A stretch of DNA of 62,579 nt, filler included, from Rhabdomonas costata (lineage: Eukaryota): assembly GCA_019059605.1 (NCBI GenBank). It is 27 parts of 27 records of this genome, joined end to end, with 100 filler letters (N's around TTAATTAATTAA, not from the genome) between each part and the next. Parts side by side here need not be neighbours in the genome. Positions count along the whole stretch, not along the records: positions 48,763 to 50,983 come from JAHMHO010004756.1; positions 51,084 to 53,303 come from JAHMHO010004757.1; positions 53,404 to 55,623 come from JAHMHO010004758.1; positions 55,724 to 57,940 come from JAHMHO010004759.1; positions 58,041 to 60,260 come from JAHMHO010004760.1; positions 60,361 to 62,579 come from JAHMHO010004761.1; 21 more parts are not named here. One strand, written 5' to 3'. Shown one piece after another: positions 49,721 through 61,749 of the stretch. The position numbers and the translations under genes were made by a program. The notes under the pieces were generated by a model. It saw only the letters and a program-made list of their open reading frames with translations. It ran no database searches and was not told where the DNA came from. Numbering within the stretch: position 1 is the stretch's first letter; every line of letters starts with the position of its first letter.

Positions 49721-51451
49721 TTTACCAACCCTCTGGAGCCGCAGTTCAACGCAACAAGAACCCACTCGCCGAGTCGCAGGCCTAGCTTTTAGGTGGTGTG
49801 GAGTAGATTCAAATTAAGAGGCTTTGCAGCAAGTGGTCAAGGATACGGATATGCGAGATAGCCGTCACCAGGACAAGGCTGCAGGCCAAGAATTCCGACC
49901 CCTCCAGTAAAGGTGCCAATGTTGAGACTACAAGTGTCAGCAAGTTCGTTGGAGTCTGGTGAGAGATCTCCGTTTGCTCGATAAGGACTGGAGGACGCCA
50001 GACCTCAGCAGCCTTCGAGGTTTTGTTTTTACTGCGGTAACACAGCGAGCTGGCAAAGGCGGAGCTTTTCTGATGACCGTTGAGTCAGCATGGGAGCACT
50101 GTGTTTGAAAAGACACGAGAGCCCAAAATAGAGGGGGCCGGATGCTGGGCCTCTCCCGCCCCATCCAAAAGTCCAATTAGAAATGTGAATTTCGGAGCCC
50201 CAGAGAACTGCTTTGCGCAGTGAAGCTCCAATTTTACGCGGAAACAAGGAAAGCGTTGTGACTTCTGAGAATTTTAACGGAGGAAAGTCCCAAGCCCATC
50301 AGGAGGTAGTGCGGAGAACTTTGGAGGAGAGTGGCGTCGCCCACCCTGAAGTAGTTTCGGCTAAGCCCTCCAAAAGAATCGGGCAAATGGGAATGTTAAG
50401 ATCACAGGTGGCAACCACAGAGCGACGTACACGAAAGGCTCCTACACCTGCTGCAGAGGTTTCACAGAAGCTTCCTTCGTTTCGTGTGGTTCAGTCCCAA
50501 GCTTCATCAGTGCCGATATGTGTTCCTCTGTGCGCAAGTTCCTCACACATAGCGCCCACCCTGAAATCTGAGGAGAGCTCAGAGAGAGACACTTCGTTGA
50601 GCACTGCAGAGAAAACAGAGGGGAACTGATCTGAAAGGTGCTTTCTCGCCATGAGATTAAGTCAGATGCTTTTGATTAGAGTTCAGAGTTAAGCACACTA
50701 ATGACTACTTCGAGGACAGAGAGGACACCAGTTGGAGACTTGGAAGAGTCTATGTCTTTTCGTGAAGCGTCACAAAAGGTGATGCAGAGTAGATACTCTT
50801 TCCAGCCGGATGTACAAGTGATAGCTCAACCCGTTCTGCACGCGCAGTTGGAAAGTCAATCTCAGGTGGAAGTTGAGTCTAATTCAGATTTGACGCAGAG
50901 TTTGTGAGCATTGCATTTGTCACAGATGAGAGAGGCACCACCACTCGTGAGGGTGGAGTGTTCAGAAATAGCAGAGCCCACAANNNNNNNNNNNNNNNNN
51001 NNNNNNNNNNNNNNNNNNNNNNNNNNNTTAATTAATTAANNNNNNNNNNNNNNNNNNNNNNNNNNNNNNNNNNNNNNNNNNNNACCCGCGGCGGTGTACA
51101 GGGCAAGCTTGCCGATCGGAATGCCCATCCCACCGTACCCTGAGAGTCAAGAGCAGCAAACAGTCCACTGTCCATCGTAAGCGAACCAAAAACCGAACGA
51201 AGGAAAGCACGAAACGAGATGTGCTTTCCTATTTCGCAGGAGGACCTCTCCTCCTTCGCCAACCCTGAACAGGAAGGGCGAGAGGGAGGACGATTCAGTT
51301 GCCTGTCCCCGCAATAGCCTTCTCCCCACGACATCCCGACCTCATCCACATGTCGATGGCATGATATAATCATCATAGCCCGTTCGTAAGGGGGCCAAGC
51401 ACACTAATGGAACTGGGTTCGGAAGGACCGATAAATTGTTCAAACACGCAC

Positions 51452-52948
51452 CTTGGTCACCAATTCCCAGGATGGCCGAGGAGTCCGTGGCGACGATCAT
51501 CCGGATGTCCGTGAGGTAGTAGCTTCCCACAATGTTGTCCGCGTTGTTAATATTGCGCGGAGAGAAGGACAGCCCACGGGCTGTGGGAACCAGAACAGAA
51601 CAGAAAGAGGCTGAAAGAATCAAACTCCAAGAGTGACATAAAGAGGGTGTGTTTGTGTGTGTACCCCTTTCATGGTACTGCTCCTGCGAGAAGGAGTCGC
51701 AGGGTGGCTCAAACGTACTCAACGGCGAAGGTCAGAAAGGTATCCATAGCATATGTTGGCATGCCAAGAAGGTGAGCCAGAGACTGCATTGCTGCTAAAA
51801 GATTTGAAAGCACAGTAATTGGGAAACCCTTTTGGGAACCTGCTGAAGTTGTGCTTTCTTTTTCGTTTGTGGTGTGGTCACAACCCGAATGTGTATGAGT
51901 GTGTCGTACATGTGAGACCTGAAGAGCTAACGAGTTCAGAAAAACGAGGTCCATGTTTCCCAGTCTGTCAGAAATCAGGGAACTCTTACCATCCGCCAAA
52001 CTCTGGTCCGCACAATTGCATCGGTGGACTTCAGACTTCCTTACCTCCGCAGCCGTCGCATTCAGAACTTTAATTTTGTCTCACCCGTGTCTCAACGACC
52101 AGTCCCCTGCTTTTTTTGTCGTAGAACTCGGGGGGGAGACCCCTGGACAGGTTATTTTTAAAGCAGTTTAGGTCAGTTTGTCAGTGGCTCCACTAATGGA
52201 CTTTTTCTTTTATCTTGGGCCGCGGAGCGCAGCTTCGGAGGGGGGAGGTTATGGATATTATGTGTGTGGGGTATAAATAATTTTAAACCCCTGTGATATT
52301 AAACGCACGCCTTCCCGACTCATGTGGGCTTCATGGTTTTTTGCGAAGGGGGTGGGGCAGTTTTATTCAAGCCCCCCGAATCCCCCTACCTAGAACGTAC
52401 CCAGGGCAGGGCAGGGGCAACTTTTGTTTTTGGAACGCCTGAGAAGGGCCTTTTTGAACTTTTGCACAAAACTGAAGTATACAGTTTCTTTGAAGCTAAT
52501 CAGTGGCGTTTCCTGCTCTCGCTGAGAGGCTAGCAGACACCATATTACCCATACAAACTGTCTGTCAGAAAAAAGACAGGGAATTCTTTCTACCGCCGCA
52601 CTCTGGTCACATAAACACGCATACATGCTTCGGTGGACACTCTCACCACCTGTGTCTCAAGGACCAGTCCCCATACCCTTCCCGCGTCTTGCCGCGTCTT
52701 GCCGAGCCATGCTTTTCCACGAGCTGCTGGCGGGAAGGAGGACAAAGAGAGGGGAGAGGTCGGAAGGTACACCGTAGTTGTACATGTAGGAGTACTGCTT
52801 GCACGCGTCCCCCACGGTGGGGGTGTAGATGATCGGCAGGCACTCCTCCAGGTGCTCAATGATCAGGGCGTAGTACAGGTGCTCGTTCCTCTCCTGCAGG
52901 TCGCGGAGGTACTGGTACTTCTCCAGCGGGCTCCGCAGCGACCGGAAC
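51452..52948 (-). CDS. Malic enzyme, N-terminal domain (2 exons)
   Basis: Exons 52948-52773 and 51580-51452 (GT-AG) give [64 protein letters not shown]. Confidence 0.95.
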
Positions 52949-54020
52949 CTGGGCCAAACCCACCGACACATTTTCGCACTATTATATCATTAGGGGTGTC
53001 CCAAAGCAAAGGAAGCATGACAAAAAATCAGTCCTTCCAAGCGCGTGTAAAGGGAAAAAAACACCCAAAGTGGCCCAAGACAGCTGTAACCACAACGGCA
53101 AAAACACCCAAGACGGCTGTAGATTCAGTACGAACTCAAATCCCATCCTAGAATGAGAATAGAGAAGATAATATTAACCTGAAAATATAAGCATACAACA
53201 GCAACAACTCGCATTTGCTTTTTAGGCTAAATTTAAAAAGATCGCAAATTTCACCACGTTCGATATAGTATCCTAAACTTTGATGCTCGTCAAAAACACA
53301 AAANNNNNNNNNNNNNNNNNNNNNNNNNNNNNNNNNNNNNNNNNNNNTTAATTAATTAANNNNNNNNNNNNNNNNNNNNNNNNNNNNNNNNNNNNNNNNN
53401 NNNGGGGTGGGGGCGGCGGGTTTTGGTGAGCCGGATGGAAGCTGCCAGAACCAGAACCGACCGGAGCGCTTTGGTGGTGGGCTGGACGTGGTGAACTTAG
53501 CCCGTGGACTGTGTTTCGTTTGGGTTTGATTGTCTTGTTCGGGCGGGGCTGTTCTGAAAAGTGCGTGGTTCCCCTGTGTCGTGGACAAATGACCAGGTTG
53601 AAGCCACCAATGACCAGTGAATAAACCTCGCGCGATTTTAGTCTTGAATCTCTCGATCCTCCGCGTCGGAAAAATGGATTAAGTCTGCAGTAACGCCGGA
53701 TTAGACTCGGATCGCAATCGGAAAGCACGTTTTCCGTTGTCTTGTGCACCATTCTAAACTCGGTTCTATATAATGTGCTGAGAAGCAGTTCATTTGAATC
53801 CACTTGGAAGAATCATCCAGTTAGTCAACAGTTCGTACAACATGCCTAAGAAAAGGAGCTGGAGCACACCTTGTGTCTGTTTTGGGCAGTGTGCTGGTCC
53901 CATGGATGATCCCACGAACCGTGAAACCCGATGTTTGCGTACCTTTATGATTAGCGCAGTGATCTGCTAGTTTTCTTTTTCGCCTGCTTTTTCCTCCACA
54001 ACTTTTGAGGTGAGTGCCAG

Positions 54021-55623
54021 ATGACGTTGGTGAGGCTTCCCAATGATCTGTTGTTGTTCAGCTTTCAGTTCCTTCGCCTCAGGTCACAGGTAGAGCTTCG
54101 GCAGCTTTGCTTGCGGTTCCGCACTCTTGTGGACGCCTCCCTCGCTCCAAAGTGGAAAGTCGTCCTTCGTCTCCCACAGAGCCTGGAGAGTCCCGGCAAA
54201 GAAGGACATGGCGTTCTTGATAAAATGAAGTTGTGCTGCTCAGCGGCGGAAATCGCGATAAAGGGAAGCAACCTGGTGGTGTTTTTCACCCTTCTCCGGA
54301 ACCCATCCTCGCCGCTCCTCTTCCTTAACCTGATATCCTTGGATGTGGGGAAGAACAATTTCGGGGCCTCGGGAATGCGGGCGCTGTTGGCGTCCCCTTT
54401 TATTCCTGGTTTGACATTTTTGGGCGTGAGCCACAATAAAATCGAGGACGCAGGATTTCGTGCTCTGGCTTCTTCAACTCTCTTTACTAGTCTGACGTCG
54501 TTGGTTGCTTGGGGCAATTTTATAGGGGCGATAGGGATGCACGCGCTGGCGACTTCTTCTTCCTTTCCCGCGCTGACGTCCCTGGATGTTGCCGGAAATA
54601 GTATCGGTGCGCAGGGAATGCACGCACTTGCAACCTCGTCTTGTTTTTCCCAGCTTAGAGCCTTAAGTGTTAACCACAACAAGGTCGAGGATGCGGGGGC
54701 ACAGGCACTTTCCCGCTCGCTCTTCTTCCCAAACTTGAGATCCTTGAATATCTGCCTCTGTCGTCTCGGAGTTTCTGGAATACAGGTGATCGTGTCCTCC
54801 TCGGTTCTCCCGGACCTGACGTGGTTGGATTTGAGCAACAACCCAATCGGGGATGAGGGAGTGAAAGCTCTGGCAGCCTCTTCCTTTATTCCTAGCCTGG
54901 CGCGTTTAGGTTTGCGCAGTACTGATGTAGGCAATGCGGGACTGCAAGCCCTGGCTGCAGCTTCTTTCTTCCCGAAACTAACGTCTTTGGATTTAGGCTA
55001 CAACAAGTTTAGTGGCGCAGGGGTGCAAGCGCTGGCAGCTTCTTCGGTTTTCCTGGAATTGATTCTCACCAACAATTTTGTCGAGGACGTTGGAGTGCAA
55101 GCGCTCGCCTCTTCGGCTTTTTCCTCCACCTTGAAATCTTTTGACATCAGCAAGGGTCAGATCTGCACCCTGGGGATGGAAGCCTTCGCGGCTTCAAAGC
55201 TGTTTTCCAGCTTGACCTCTCTAAATTTCTGTGACAACCAGGTCGGGGCTGAGGGAATGCAAAAACTTGCGACTTCGTCTTTCTTCCCAAAGCTGTCTTG
55301 CTTAAATGTCGGGGCGAATGACATCCGGGATGCAGGAGGCCAGACCTTTGCGGCTTCTTCCTTCTTTCCTGGACTGATGTCTTTGAATGTGAGCATGAAC
55401 AAGATCACTCCAGCCGGAATGACGGCGCTGGCGTCTTCGCGGTTCTTTCCCAGATTGACGTCCCTGGATGTTTTCGGAAATGAAATTGAAGATACTGGAA
55501 TGCAGGCTTTGGCAGGCTCTTCTCATTTTCCAGAGCTGTTATCATTGAATGTTGGCCATAACGGCATCGGGTCGTCGGGAATGGAAGCCCTCGCCGCATC
55601 ATCTTTCTTTACCAACCACAAAC
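54021..55623 (+). CDS. Intronless F-box + RI-like LRR protein (3' truncated)
   Basis: Uninterrupted ORF of more than 530 aa. N-terminal F-box LVRLPNDLLLFSFQFL..LRQLCLRFRTLV, then ~15 28-aa repeats LTSLDVxxNxIGxxGMQALASSSFFP. Confidence 0.9.
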
Positions 55624-55755
55624 NNNNNNNNNNNNNNNNNNNNNNNNNNNNNNNNNNNNNNNNNNNNTTAATTAATTAANNNNNNNNNNNNNNNNNNNNN
55701 NNNNNNNNNNNNNNNNNNNNNNNTTTCTGTCTTGTCTGTATCTGTGTCCTGGCAG

Positions 55756-57249
55756 GTCCGGAACCTCTTTGAGATGGCCCGGGAGTCCCAGCCCTCGATC
55801 GTCTTCGTGGACGAGATCGACTCCCTGGGCAGCGCCCGCGGGGACGGCGACAGCGACAGCACTCGGAGGATCAAGACGGAGTTTCTGGTGCAGATGCAGG
55901 GCGTAGGCCACGGAGGGGCCCAGGAAAGGGTCCTGGTTCTCGCCGCGACGAACTTGCCGTGGACGTTGGACTCTGCGATCCGACGAAGGTCGCTGCCATA
56001 AAGTGTCTGAATCAAGTGCATTCGTTTGTATTGTCAGCTGAAATCGGAAGTGGCGCACTGCAAAACCGATTGAGAGAGAGAAGAAAGAAGAGCTAATCAC
56101 ATCATATTGGGGGCAAGTGAGTAAAACTACTGAAAACAACTGAAGGTTGGCATATCAGTGTGCGAAGAGGCATAGAGATTTCTGCTCAAATATTTGCAAA
56201 ACAGGAGTACGCAAGCACGAGGCTTTCTGCTCCGTGTCCAATGCGGTGCAGGTAATCATATGTTTGTTAATAATGGGAGTAGGAGATTCCGGCTTTATTT
56301 TGTTTTCATTTTGTTTGCGGACATTCCGTCCTTGGTTTCTCCCTCTCCAGCGTGCGACTAAAAAAAGGACATGAATGTCCTTCTCAGCGGTAAATTTTCT
56401 GCAAATGGAACCCATTTCGCACCTTTTGCATGTGACCTGGCCTTTAGGTTTGAGCGGAGGATCTACATTCCCCTTCCCGAGGCCAACGCCCGCGCGGCGA
56501 TGTTCCGCATCCACGTCGGCAGCACCCCACACTCCCTCACCCGGTGCGCCCTCACTTCTGCGTTGTGTTTGCATCACATTTCTGCTCACATCATTCGGAT
56601 TTTTTTTAATTTCACAACGAAAAACAGAAAAACAACGGCATGGAGACGAGGGAATGGACGAGGGCACGAACGCAGAGTAAAAGAAACGGAAGGTGGAGAG
56701 GAACACACGGACGTAAGACCCTCTCATCCATTGCGAAGCACTTTTGTGTTTGCCCAAGATTCCTGTGACAATGTATTTATGCAATATAGCTCCCCGTCCC
56801 AACCACCACCACCACCAATGGACTTGGGAAGCGGTAATTGCTTGCAGGATGGTAAAATAGTAGGTAGTCGAAATTCCTTTAAGAGTTGATCTTTGTGTGG
56901 GTGGGAGGCGACGCAATGCTTACCTGCAGGTGGCGTGTAGATCTGTGAGGAAGACAGGTTGCCCCAGGGTCAAAAGACGAACTCCCCCCCCCTTTTCTTT
57001 CCCGGATGTGCCAATTCTGCCATTTGATCACTTGTTAGAACAGACGGGCGGATAGTTGGATCGCTGGATACAATATCTGTTTTCTGGAAGTGTTTCTGTG
57101 TGTGTGTGTGTGTGTGTCCCAAGGGCCAACTTTGAGGAGCTGGGGCGGCTGACGGAGGGTTTCTCGGGCTCTGACATCAGTGTGGTGGTGCGCAGTGCCT
57201 TAATGGAGGCCGTGCGGATGGTCCAGTGTGCGACCCACTTCAGGCAGAA
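55756..57249 (+). CDS. VPS4: Vacuolar protein sorting 4 AAA ATPase, internal (3 exons)
   Basis: Exons 55756-55988, 56448-56543 and 57124-~57249 give Walker [52 protein letters not shown] and [19 protein letters not shown]. Confidence 0.95.
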
Positions 57250-59940
57250 GTCAGGTTTGCAGCACGGTGCGCTTCAGTGCCGCGTTTGCTCACGTGGCAT
57301 TGTCGTGTCAAGTGTGGTTGGGTTGGTACCGATTTGGATCGCAGCATTGCCGTGAATACCGGAAGTAGATGAGTAAGCGTTTTCGGCATGACTGCATTTG
57401 TGCGCCACCGCTATTAAGTGCATTTATGCCCCACCCCCAACCCGCTGTAACGCGCACAAGCATGTCCAACAAATGAAAGCACCTAGGATCTTGGGCCTCT
57501 CCACTGCGCTCCGCGGCCCAACACATCCGGCAAAGAGTCCCTGCAAAGGCTTTTATTCGAATCCCAGGGGGATCTGTGCATCACCCCCTGACCCCATACA
57601 CCCTACTGGGGGGAAATGCACAGATGGGGGGGGGGGGCATAAATGCACTAGCGCCGCGTTTTTCAAGCTACTTCCGGGAATACCTATGTTGTAAAGAATT
57701 ACTTTTAAAGAATTACTTTTGTCCGAAGTATAGAGTGTATAATCTCAAATGTCAGAATTGTGGACGCAAGAAATCAAAAAACATCACACCGAATGCAAGT
57801 CGGATACACATCGAATGCGCATCATCTTTCATTTCTATCGTCACAAACAATAGCAGATATATGTACTTTTTTTCAGCAAATCTCGGAAACCTCCCGAAAG
57901 GCCAAACTACAGCACTCAATTTGTCAATCTACCAAACCCCNNNNNNNNNNNNNNNNNNNNNNNNNNNNNNNNNNNNNNNNNNNNTTAATTAATTAANNNN
58001 NNNNNNNNNNNNNNNNNNNNNNNNNNNNNNNNNNNNNNNNCGCTGCAGTTTCCGTGCTGTGTCGGTTTGTTATTTCAGTGTCCAGTCCGCACCCCTCCCT
58101 CTTTTCCTCCCTCGCTTGGAATGTGAGTTCACTCTCTTTCCAGGCCCGAACTCGTTCCCGACGCCAAACACGATACCGGAACCCGAAACGCGAACCCTGA
58201 CCCCGAAACACAAATACCGACGCGAGAAATAGCCCCAGGAACAGAAACCGCACCATGCACCGAAACCAGCATAGAAGGGCCTAGGAACACACAAAACCCA
58301 GAATTCACGAAACTTATAAACCCACGCGGAGAATTCCCCCGGGTTAAAAAACACCCTCACACACCAAAAATCACACGTAAGAGCAGATAACCCCACCTCT
58401 GCACCACCTGCACTACCAAATGTCTGTGTTTCTGACGCTACGCTGCCTCTTGTTGGTGTGGGGGGTCACCTGTCGTATTCGCCACCCTTCCGGGATATAC
58501 ACTACCTTTACACCACTAAAGTCATCAATTTATGCACCTTGTACAGAGTGATGGTGAAGAAGGTCCCCCTGATGAAAAAACAGCGTGAAAAAAGGCCAAA
58601 AAAAAACACCCGATTTTTGACCCCTTTTGAAAAAAGCCGTTGCTACCTGGTATAACGCTACTGTTGCTATGGGTGTTAGAATGGAAGCCTAGTGAAAAAA
58701 CGCAAAAATGCCACTTTCTAAAAAAAAAACCCGGAAGAAAAAAGATGACGATTGAATAAAAACGCTGATGTTGGTATCTTTCATTCGTTGATGATACATG
58801 GTAGCGTAGGTATTGCATTGCACACGAATTTCTGCTTCGAAGCATGATGATTATTAGAATTAGGATCTCTCACTGGTCCTAGTGCAAGGCAGTTGCAGTT
58901 CATAGATTTTTCTTTTCTACGTCGGCAGGAGTGGCGGTGGATCGTACTTCTTACAGAAAGTTGTTTCCGTCTCTACGGCGGGTCTTTGTGGGCGGATTTT
59001 TTTCCATGTGCTTTTCACTCCGTGTGCTTTTGAAGTGACTAGGTATGATGGGTGGTGCTTTCAGGTTGGTTACGGAGGGCCCGGCAGAGTTCCTGACGGG
59101 AAGCTCCAGCTCAGAGGATTACCCTTCATATGATGAGCCTGTGTCACAGTGACCTCCGCCCTTCTCTTTCTGTGCGGGTGGGATGATGACGTGCTCGGGG
59201 ATGGCCCCGTCTATACTGTGCCATGTCATTGCGCTTGTTTTTTGGCTCATCTTTTTTCTTGCTGTAGGCCTTTCTGTAAGTGTTTTGCAGGAGCTTTGTC
59301 CTGCTCTGGTGAGAGCCTTGTGATGAGCCAGGGGAGGGGACACTGGGGGGTGATTGTCCGAGGGTTTGCTTGTGCGGAATGTTTCGGTGCTTGTGAAGTC
59401 GCGCTCTCCAGATGGGTGCCCTTTGTTCGCCTCTGCGCTGCAGTTTCCGTGCTGTGTCGGTTTGTTATTTCAGTGTCCAGTCCGCACCCCTCCCTCTTTT
59501 CCTCCCTCGCTTGGAATGTGAGTTCACTCTCTTTCCAGGCCCGAACTCGTTCCCGACGCCAAGCTCCGCGAGCCTGTCATGTGTTTCGTTCTTCTATTGT
59601 CCAGCATTGGTTGAGGCTCAGTGTCTATGGTTTGAGCGGATGACGTGTTTCAACCCCACAAGTCAAAGCCTACAACTGTGGCGCCTTCCCTGCCCTCAAG
59701 TACTCGATCACTCCAACACACGTTGGAACGGCGGAGTCGAGAAAAGGTGGGGATATGAGGGTTCCTATGGGGGTTCCTACATGGTCCCTGTGAAAAACCC
59801 AATTGGACCTACCGGGTATATGTCTGCCCCTGCCCCCGCAGAAGCAGGAATGGGAACCCTGCGGGCATAGGAGGACGCCCCTTGCCAGGAACTTAAGCAA
59901 TGTGAGGTTTGTTTAGTATTTATTTTTACATGCTGCAGTT

Positions 59941-60003
59941 TTCTTTTTTTTTCTCTTCTGCTAATTCGTCTTCACTCTTCTGCTATTTTTCCTTGCACTG
60001 CAG
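59941..60003 (+). promoter_or_regulatory. Polypyrimidine tract + CTAAT + CAG upstream of a start codon (candidate SL trans-splice or 5'UTR acceptor)
   Basis: About 60 nt of pyrimidines ending CTGCAG, ~115 nt upstream of ATG 60118. Euglenozoa trans-splice mRNAs (established); the role of this site is inferred. Confidence 0.4.
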
Positions 60004-60117
60004 TTTAGCAGTTCGGCCTTGCGTTGCTAGATCCCTCCCGTGGGAGAGAGGCTGAGAGGAAAGAAGGAGAGGTCCACAAGAGCATTTGACGTGGCCGCTG
60101 AGCGGGAGAGGGGCGAA

Positions 60118-60260
60118 ATGGGAAACGCACCGGGAGCCCTGACGGAGTCCGATGTGGCCTTTCTGCAGCGGGACAACAGTCTCTCTGCGGAGGAGATCGT
60201 GTTGCTGCACACTATCTTCCGCTCGATCGCGGAGGAGACTAAGGAAAATCGCAACACCAC
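60118..60260 (+). CDS. N-terminus of a myristoylated calcineurin-B/NCS-like EF-hand protein
   Basis: MGNAPGALTESDVAFLQRDNSLSAEEIVLLHTIFRSIA: Gly2 plus the LxxExxxxLxxxxxFxxEEIxxLxxxF pattern of recoverin/CNB proteins. Confidence 0.65.
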
Positions 60261-61007
60261 NNNNNNNNNNNNNNNNNNNNNNNNNNNNNNNNNNNNNNNN
60301 NNNNTTAATTAATTAANNNNNNNNNNNNNNNNNNNNNNNNNNNNNNNNNNNNNNNNNNNNTTTTGCAGCTGCGACCCTGCAGGTCTGAAATCGTGTACTT
60401 GAAGTAAAGCAAAAGTGAGCAGGCAAAATTTTGGTGCAAAGGAATTCTTGATCACCCCTGGGAGCACGGTGTGGGTTGCTTGGCGAATCCTGCTTCCAAA
60501 CCTTCCACCTAACGGTGATGCCATGAACGGCTTACCAACTTTCCCTGCAGGGTCGCAGCTGCAAAAGTTTCATCTCACACGCAACTACAGAGAGTCCTGC
60601 TCACCTCGAGGATATCCCGTGTCCGCGGCGACCGGCTGCTGATCCGCCAGCAAACTGGCGGCGCTAAATGAACAAGGCAAAAAGGGGCAATGGAGGAGGA
60701 CAACTTTTCGGGGACTACGTACGTGTGCTTGTATGGCAATGCGTCACCCTAAAAAGAGATGGCCACAGAAACCGTGCACAATGTAAGCGCCGCTTACCGT
60801 TACGTCTTCTCGACTTGTTGGAGAACACGAGGTGAGAGAGATTGAGAGACAGCGGACTGAGCCAAAAGACAGAAATGTTATTGCCAGTTCCACCTCAAAA
60901 GAAAGAGGAGAAAAAACTGCTTAACAAAACGGAAGCTTTTGTACTTAGAGGGATAGGTATCAGGAACAGTAAAAAAAAAAGTCTCACTTCGGAAACCTCA
61001 CCCATAC

Positions 61008-61749
61008 CACGCATGGGAGACGGCCAGGCAGCCTGCTCGAGGGCCCTGCGGCGCGGATTGTGGCCGGGCCCTTCGCCGGACACCAGAGACTCCAACCTGA
61101 GAGCACAGCAAAGCACCAGAAGCAGCAGAAGCACGCGCACATACTGAAGTGGGTGGAGGGGCCCAACACAGACCATACCCTTCCCCCTTTCCCCCTGGTC
61201 CACGATTTCCCCAAGAAAAAGAAGCCCGAGGGGTTTTGGGAGCTGTGGCTTAGTTTCCAGGACACGAACATCATTCACCAAAAGGACACACCTCCACAAG
61301 CGGGGGTGCTTCGCCTCCAGTCCGGGCTCGCGCACTGCGAAAAGAGCAGCAAAACAACATGTTTTCATCTGATTGCGGGCTAAGCACACTGCACTTCACA
61401 ACTGCTCGAAAAGGTACGACAACGGACGGATGCATCTTTGTCTGTGTGGGAGTGCGCCATGCCTTGTGGCGGGCGTCCTGCGTGAGGTGGCGTTGCTGGG
61501 CATTAACGGAGGGACCCCTGGAGGGCTGTACAGGGTGCTGGTGGGCCGGCACGACCGCCGAGGGGGCGTCTTTAGGGTGCTGTCCGTGTCCCCTGGGCCG
61601 CAGTAGGGGTGACCCAGGGGAAGCCGCAGCCTGCGTGGGCACAGTGGGTGACTCACAGCACCTCCCTCGGGCGGCGGGCAGCCGTGAGAAGGGGCTGCGG
61701 GTTGAGACAGAGGCCCCCCCTTCGGGGATGTGGAAAGGCATCGATAAAC
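61008..61749 (-). CDS. Possible Pro-rich exons, hypothetical protein
   Basis: TTTGCAG acceptor, a Pro/Ser-rich open frame to a possible AG|GC donor near 61461, and a phase-compatible exon LESLVSGEGPGHNPRRRALEQAAWPSPMR. No homology recognised. Confidence 0.3.

Noticed and set aside
54065-54934. 289-aa antisense ORF
   Set aside because: It is the shadow of the repetitive LRR coding strand.
58041-59562. Perfect 127-bp direct repeat (58041-58167 = 59436-59562) resembling an LTR
   Set aside because: It is exactly 127 nt, starts at the contig's first base and lacks TG..CA ends. This is the typical k=127 de Bruijn overlap artefact.
60241-60260. Possible second GA donor (AAG|GAAAAT) in the NCS-like gene
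   Set aside because: The contig ends here, so there is no downstream exon to test it, and the frame stays open.
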